Positions 57,651-64,000 of a stretch of 64,000 bases of DNA are shown in pieces. The translations under genes were made by a program, and so were the position numbers. The first letter of the stretch is position 1. Each line of letters begins with the position of its first letter. The notes under the pieces are model-generated. The model saw only the letters and a list, made by a program, of their open reading frames with translations. It had not been told where the DNA came from and searched no databases. The stretch comes from Eutreptiella sp. 'Long Island Sound 2002' (lineage: Eukaryota > Protista > Euglenida): contig OZ038378.1 in assembly GCA_964036045.1 (NCBI GenBank), forward strand, positions 30,132,001 to 30,196,000, written 5' to 3'.

Positions 57651-60639
57651 ACGCCGTGCACTGTTCGGCAGCAATTGGCTCATGATCAGCTCTGGAAGCG
57701 TATCAACGCAGGATTGCCGCTGCCCGGCTTGTGTCGCGGCGGCCCACGACGGTTTCCAGAGTCTGCAGACACAGTACTTGTAAAAGTGTTGACAAAGGGG
57801 CCAGAGAAGCTGTCCAACAGTGATTACTAGCCCTGCGCCGGCACCGCTTCTTTGAAGTAGGTTGTGACACTGGAACATTGAAACCAAAACAACTCATTGT
57901 TTTTTCTCTAGTTCCAGCCGATGCACAGGCCATCCATATGATACAGTAAGGCACCTGGGAAACAGTTCCCGGACTCCACATCAGAAGCGGAAGATGTACG
58001 CGGAAGATCTAGTGCAACCGACGACCTCTAGCGAAGATGCTGTGGACGGTTCGATGCATGGGATCACAACAAAGAACCGCCTTGGAAAAGCAAAAAGAGG
58101 AAGAATGTCTCATAACTGGAAATCTCAAGAGCAGCAAAATCTCGTCGTCTGCCATACAAAGGGGGGGTGTCGCAAGTGACACGACTGCTGGACTCTCCGT
58201 CTGTGCCTTGCCTTGCTTTGGCCCTGCGAAGGTCCTTCCAATCCCAAGGGCTGCAACTTTGGAGGGCTACGTTCTGCCAGGAGTCCCTTCTCCGTGTGAC
58301 TGGAATGTGGCCACAGCCACAGTGCTGGAGCCCGCTGTCAGGCAGCGCAGGGGCGGGGATCGTCCAGGCTGTCTGCGTGTTTCTGGGCTACTGCAAGACT
58401 GGGCAGTAAAAGGGTGAGTGGGTCGGCTGTGCTGCCTCAGCGCTGGGTCCTGCAGCGGACTGGCGTGCGCGACCCTCCACTTCACTCGCGGTACCTGGGC
58501 TCGGACTTGCCGCCAGCGACCGCTTGGTCGAGGACGACCAGAAGGAGCTTGTTCCTACTGGGTCGGATGCGGGCTGCAGCTGAGCTGCGGGTGCAACAGC
58601 TGCAGATATTACTGAGTAGCGTATGGGACCGGGCTGAACCCAAACAAAACCTGGCTCCCTATCCGACACGGTTGGCATGTCTGCATTGATCCGAGCTCAT
58701 GGCATTTTTGCGGCTCGGATTCACGATGCTGAGTCGAACACCCACGACTCTGGATTGGGCCAATGTCAACGGGACGTCGTCACTGTGCGTGTTATGAGCG
58801 TGCCGTGCAGCCCCCCCCCCCCCCCTTCCCCGGCCCCCCCCAGGGCCGGTCCTGGGACCCGCTTCACGAGGCCGCGTGCACCTTGCACACCCTGTAGGTG
58901 TCTCCCATCCCACTGGGAGACACTCGGTGGACTGCCGGGTATGCGCGGGCTCCTTTCAACAGCCACTGACTGCGAGGCCTGAGCCGTGCTGTGTGCAAGG
59001 CTGGGCCCAGGTATACGTCAGTGTAGTGGGGCTCTGCACTAAAGAACGCAGATCCACTGCCACAGATGTGGGGGGCTGAGAGAGTGGCACAGCTTGCACC
59101 CAGGAATAGTATTTCGGGGACCTTTGTGCACGTGCACTGACTTCATCGCCCTATCCAAATCAGTGAGACATGACTGACCACTTGGACACCCATAACCCCA
59201 ACTGTTCTGTTTGTGTGCTTTGCGTGTGGTGTGCCGTGTTCTGCACATTGCCTTCCCGGTTGCTTTTTTGGGGGGGGGGGGGGGGGGGCACACACATCAT
59301 CACCCATACATACGGCACACTAGGACTATTTTGTCAAAACCAAAGGGAATGGGGGGCGACTTCGGGAAGCACAGGTCCTGGGCAGTCCATGCCATTGGCC
59401 ACCACCTTTCTGAAGCAATGGTCGGTTTGACGGCAACCAAATTGTTGGAAGTGCTGCTTCCAACATCGGAGGTCATGTTAGAAGCAGTGCTTCCGACATC
59501 GCAAGCAATCATCGGGAACATTGCTTCCAACATCGGAAGCGTTTTTCCCGACCGGTTTCGGGAGGCAGGCGTCTGGGACGCACAGGCTGAAGGGAAATCA
59601 GTCGCACCACTCGGGGGGGACGCTCCCGGCAACATGCCCTATTGACCTAAAGATTTCGGAGGGAACGTGCCAGGCAATGAAAAGGCCTCAAAACCTGGTG
59701 CCTGTGCCCCCAATGTATGCGCACTACTTTTCACGGGGGAGACCCTTGCATAGCTGAGAGGAAGAGAAACCACTCTCAACCCGGCATGAGAGCGGCTGGC
59801 CTTTGCCTGTTCTACAAAGTCCTAACCTCGTGACTTAAACAGAGAATCAAGTCATTTCGGTGAGGCTATTGGCATCCTTTGTCGGAGTGGCCATTATTCG
59901 TGTGTCTTGGGGAGATTCCCATTCATTCACACAATGTGCAAATGTAGAGCCATCTTCCGGATCAAATAGGGAGAAGAAGAAATACCATCGCACTGAAGGG
60001 CAGGGCTGGTTCTGTCGGGCACGTGTTGCCCGTTGGCTGCCACATCAGCAACACAACAGCCACATCCCCAGCCCCAGGAACAGGGGCAGGGTCAACCACG
60101 AAGACCAACGCAGGGGTAGGGATACCCACATGGGCAGACAGGAAGAGGGATGGGCACAGGGACAAGGACACGGGCGCCTCCACGTTTGCGTGCGTCCGCC
60201 GGGTCAGAACTGTATCTCGGGCGATTCCATCACTCGTGGCCCTTGTGGCGGCGCACAGGCACCCTCCGCCTAGACCGCAGCACTCCCGGGAGGGCTTGTG
60301 CTGCATCTTACGTCGGGTTTGAGGCACATGACCATCACAGTGGGCGACCGGGCCGCGCCGCAGGTGTCACCGAGGGTAAGTGCTCCCCCCACCCCCCAGG
60401 CTTGCGGAAGTGGAAGGCATGGGAGTAGAAAAAATCGTCCCATGCATGGTGTTGGGTCTACCCGCTAAGGTTGTTGGGAACCAAGACCGTCCACACACCG
60501 CCAGACAGAAGGACATTCAATGGGAATGCAACTAGGCAACGAGGGTTGCAATCGAAATGGCTTGGCGTTCAGCTCCCGAGGGTTCTGCTTCTATTGCTCT
60601 GCCGGAACAGGGTTCAAGGCTCCGCCACGGGGGGGCCGC

Positions 60640-60830
60640 CGGGACCGGACCCTTTACGCCGACTCCCCCCCCCTCCTTGCTGAGTTTTGGCCCGGAAGTG
60701 CCGGACCATGGGCGCCGAAGGCGCCCTAAGGAAATTCGGCTTGACTTAGTAGAGGGTGAAAAAATGGGTTTTCACCCCATGTGTCTATACTCAAAATACT
60801 CAGTTTTTTTTTTGGGAGAACCCAATAGTG
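60640..60830 (+). repeat. Dispersed repeat family F copy
   Basis: CACCCCATGTGTCTATACTCAAAATACTCAG is an inverted match to 39160-39195. Confidence 0.6.
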
Positions 60831-60892
60831 GATGAAAACCAAATTGGACCAAATATGAATACCACCCCTGTGCAGGGGGTATGTCAGAGATG

Positions 60893-60963
60893 GGCCATAC
60901 CCTAGTGAGCAAACCAATGCCTCTACAACTGGGAGGTCCTGGGTTCAAACCCCAGTGGGGTCA
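60893..60963 (+). other. Degenerate tRNA-like sequence (intact T-arm)
   Basis: CTGGG-TTCAAAC-CCCAG at 60939-60955 is preceded by AGGTC. The D and anticodon arms are not recoverable. Confidence 0.45.
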
Positions 60964-61049
60964 GTATGCAGGTCTGTAGGCAGGATCAGGGACACCATGG
61001 AAAAATTTTTGTTTTTGTTTTTTTTTTGCTTTTTTTTTGCTTTGACTTT

Positions 61050-61190
61050 GTCCTCTTTGTTGGGGATCCCCGAGAATGCAGGGGTGATGTAGCATTTCCG
61101 CCCACTTGTGGGCCTCCCGGAAGGCAGGGTTTAGGCATCAAATTCTGATTTTGTCCTCCTTGTCTTTGGGGATCCCCAAGAATGCACCTA
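61050..61190 (-). repeat. Inverted partial copies of the 170-bp unit
   Basis: The reverse complement GGGCGGAAATGCTACATCACCCCTGCATTCTCGGGGATCCCCAACAAAGAGGACAAA matches 51655-51712. Confidence 0.85.
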
Positions 61191-62111
61191 CCATGCCCCC
61201 CCCCCCCCCCTTGTTTCAAAATATTTTCTCCAACATACATGCTTCGAAGTGATTAGCACGATGAGGCGGTCATCTTATGCCATGTTTGTCAGGGTATGAA
61301 GCCTGCCCCCCCCCTCTTTCTTGGCACCCCCCCCCCGACCCAGCCCCCCCCCCCCCCCAGACCCACCCCCCCCCTGCCCTGAAAGTGGTCCGAGAGTGGG
61401 AAAGAGTCGGCGTATGGCCCGATGCTACGGCCCCCTTGTGGGCTCCGCATCCGGTTCATTGGAGCTTGAGCAGCTCGGTTTGGGGGCACATGCATGTGAC
61501 GCCGTACACGGGCGCTAGCGGACAAGGGGAGTGTTTGCCTTGTGCGCTACTTTTATGATGACTTTCCCGGATTGAGTCCCCAAGTTCACCATCACCTATG
61601 AAGCCCCCGAGCCGACCAACAGATGCCTGTTGCCTGCCAAATGAAGCAACACATCATCTGTGCACAACATTGAAATAGAAAAGCATATCCCCACCACCTT
61701 CAAAACTTTGTTCCACCAAATTTGTGAAGGTGATTCCGATGTGCATTGTTCCACCAACGAGATATGCTTTGTTCCACCAAATTTGTTCACTCAAATTGAA
61801 CCAGCAAGACTGTCCAATAAACAGCCTTGGCCCCACAGGCGTGTGGGTCAATACATTCGGCACAATAATTCAAATTATATTCACCACATTCTGTTGTAGT
61901 GTGCTTTTGACAGCACAATTGTACCTGCGGCTCACTGGTGGCTAAGTGGAAATGTGAAGTTGGGGCTCATTTGGGGCTCAGTTGTGCATTGTGATGTCTT
62001 TGTGCTCGTTTGTTGTGCTTTTTGCACGCTAGGTAACGTGCATTTAATGTTTTTAGAAGTTTTAGATACTCACTTGGTTGAGGTTCAAGAGGGGGGGGTT
62101 ACTTTTTTTGG

Positions 62112-62272
62112 TGACGGCTCAGTTGACTGAGCGCCCCACTGAGCCGTCACTGAGCCGTCACTGAGCCGGCTCACTTAGCTCTCACTTAGCTCTCACTGAG
62201 CGCTCACTGAGCGCGCCAAATGGCTCACTGAGCGCTCACTAAGCGCTCAGTGAGAGCTAATTGGGGGCTCAC
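62112..62272. repeat. Array of about 10 copies of an 11-bp near-palindrome (GCTCACTGAGC)
   Basis: CACT(G/T/A)AGC at 62137, 62148, 62159, 62172, 62183, 62194, 62205, 62226 and 62237, a partial copy at 62126, and inverted copies near 62117 and 62245. Confidence 0.9.
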
Positions 62273-62279
62273 ACAGAGG

Positions 62280-62354
62280 CCCCCCCCCCCCCCTTTCCGC
62301 CTCTCCTCCGCCCCCCTATCCGCCTACCCATCCATTCCTTCTTCGCTCCCATAG
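62280..62354 (+). promoter_or_regulatory. Polypyrimidine tract plus AG: candidate cis- or trans-splice acceptor upstream of the dioxygenase ORF
   Basis: About 70 nt of C/T-rich sequence ending CCCATAG (AG at 62353-62354), 57 nt before the first in-frame ATG. Confidence 0.45.
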
Positions 62355-62410
62355 GTCCTCTCTTTCACACCATATCTAATGTCGCCCCAGGCCTGGAACC
62401 AGCGGCTTCA

Positions 62411-64000
62411 ATGGCTCTCACGTCTTTCCTTAGTTGCCCCCGGGTACCTACCGCTTTCACAGAGGCAGCGTACCCGGGGGTGCCTTCGACAGACCTGGAG
62501 CCTTTGAAGTTGTGGGCCCAGCAGCTCCCTGCCCCTTCCCCAGAAGTGGTCCAGATCACCATGTCCGATGTGACCCTTCTTGGAAAGAGCTGGATGCACC
62601 AGTGCAACCAAATGTTGCGACTGGTGCATCCAGCTATTCGTGCCGTACGCTTTCGCTTTCCTGTGGCTGCTGTCCAAGATTTGTGTCAGCAGTCCTCAGG
62701 AAAGCTGATCGGTACCCCCCACGAGTTCGGGACACGGGTTCATGACACCAAAGATCTGCAGCACGGCTGGGCTGCAGATCTTGGTGTCAGCCATGTTGCA
62801 CCCAAGAAGGGACTCCTTGAGGCCCTGCCTTTTGGGGTCGGGGTGGTGTCAGGGGAATGCTGGGAAAGCCTTTCGGCTTGTCCCATCATTCCCGAGTGGT
62901 GCCGTGTGGTGCCCGACTACACCACCCCAGCCCTGTACAAGACCAAGGAGTCCGTGTTCCTCCGCGGTGCCGCCTCCCCTCCCCCCTATATCTCCCAAGT
63001 TGCCCCGGTGTTCTCACATGAACTCCCGGCTCATGACCTTGAGTCGGATGAGTCCTTGTGCAACTTGGGGTTCCGGGTGGTTAGGGGGGCAGTAGAGGCC
63101 AAGGAGTGCGAGAACCGGTACCGCATTCTCGTCGACTCCTGCGGCACCGCGCCGGATGCAATTTGGGATCTGCTGTCCAATGCACACTCTCGCGATCCCA
63201 AACTGCCACGGCGCTGGGGTACTTGGCCCGGCAAGCTTATCTCTGTGTTGGGAAAGGACCCCTTGCAACGGGCTGGTCAGCAATGCAGTGCTCGCTGGCC
63301 CAAGATGAAGGATCTCTTCCCAACGCAGTGGTCGGCAATTGCCGCCGGGGAAGATGCTAGGGAGCAGACCTGGCATACTGACGTTGATAAGTTGCCAGGT
63401 ACGCTCCCTAGCAAGGGTGAGCTGCCCGTGCATCTTTCAAGGATGCTTGCCCTCTCGGATAAGTATCATTCGGAGGTGCACTTGGGCAGCCACCTGGGAA
63501 ACCATGACGCTCTGCGTGTCGAGACCTTCGAGTTTCAGCGTGGGGACTTGGTTCTCTTTGCCTCCACGCTGAGACATCGGGGTCCCGCCGCGCTGCCGGG
63601 GGTGGGGAAGCAGGTTGTTCTCTTCCGCTTCCTCACCCCTGACGAGCGTCACAAGTGGGTGGACGTGGAACGGTTCATCCTTGACCCTCTGCCAGGAGCC
63701 AAGGATGAGCTGGCTTCACAGCCACGGGGAGACAGGCCGCTGCCCAACCCCAGGGCTCTCAGCCACTGGGGGCAGTACTTCGCCTTCGGCGAGGGACTGC
63801 AGGGCGCGGTCGGTCTGCCGCGGTTTGAGCAGCTGGACGACTGGCTGGCCCCTGTGGGTCCGTCAGGCCCCGGCTGCCCATACCACCCGCTGCTGCTGGC
63901 CAGGCCTGCCCTGGAGGCCGCCGACCCCATGTGCCACGTGTACGTGGAGAAAGGCAACGTCCTGTGGACAAGCGGGCCATCATGGCTCCACCTGCGTAAC
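62411..64000 (+). CDS. PhyH-like 2-oxoglutarate/Fe(II)-dependent dioxygenase domain protein, at least 530 aa, 3'-incomplete
   Basis: Manual translation shows no stop from ATG 62411 to 64000. PhyH-type motifs occur in order: LCNLGFRVVRGAV (~63056), QTWHTD (His 63374, Asp 63380), MLALSD, LGSH (63482-63493), RGDLVLFASTLRHRG (His 63575). The N-terminal ~210 aa and C-terminal ~120 aa are unassigned. Confidence 0.85.
   Translation, partial: MALTSFLSCPRVPTAFTEAAYPGVPSTDLEPLKLWAQQLPAPSPEVVQITMSDVTLLGKSWMHQCNQMLRLVHPAIRAVRFRFPVAAVQDLCQQSSGKLIGTPHEFGTRVHDTKDLQHGWAADLGVSHVAPKKGLLEALPFGVGVVSGECWESLSACPIIPEWCRVVPDYTTPALYKTKESVFLRGAASPPPYISQVAPVFSHELPAHDLESDESLCNLGFRVVRGAVEAKECENRYRILVDSCGTAPDAIWDLLSNAHSRDPKLPRRWGTWPGKLISVLGKDPLQRAGQQCSARWPKMKDLFPTQWSAIAAGEDAREQTWHTDVDKLPGTLPSKGELPVHLSRMLALSDKYHSEVHLGSHLGNHDALRVETFEFQRGDLVLFASTLRHRGPAALPGVGKQVVLFRFLTPDERHKWVDVERFILDPLPGAKDELASQPRGDRPLPNPRALSHWGQYFAFGEGLQGAVGLPRFEQLDDWLAPVGPSGPGCPYHPLLLARPALEAADPMCHVYVEKGNVLWTSGPSWLHLRN

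Noticed and set aside
58590-58760. Second 2A/APE start (ILLSSVWDRAEPKQN)
   Set aside because: No NPGP motif and no downstream APE or RT motifs.

Overview
Eukaryotic, repeat-saturated DNA with no prokaryotic operons, rRNA or CRISPR array. The element types (VIPER/TATE-style gag-YR-RT-RH order, a 2A-like motif ahead of an AP endonuclease) are known from Euglenozoa, but the taxon cannot be proved from this window. Main contents: (1) at least 11 mostly decayed non-LTR retrotransposon copies from about 4 families (A: L1/Tx1-like RT-zinc finger-RNase HI; B: RT-RNase H-zinc finger; C: 2A-APE-RT-zinc finger; D: degenerate RT); (2) a near-complete tyrosine-recombinase retrotransposon (43689-49446) with A1-B1-A2-B2 split direct repeats and an unexplained extra ORF; (3) four PIF/Harbinger-like elements with 3-bp TSDs, related ends and different interiors, one carrying a DDE transposase remnant with a C-terminal Zn finger; (4) SINE-like and tRNA-derived short elements; (5) two arrays of a 41-bp dimeric minisatellite; (6) a long uninterrupted plus-strand ORF (62411 to the window end, missing from the supplied ORF track because it has no stop) encoding a PhyH-like 2OG-Fe(II) dioxygenase, behind an array of 11-bp palindromes and a polypyrimidine-AG site. 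All 13 identifiable TE coding remnants are on the minus strand. Family C at 39450-52520 hosts four nested insertions whose junctions can be reconstructed. All alignments were done by eye, so boundaries without a TSD are approximate.
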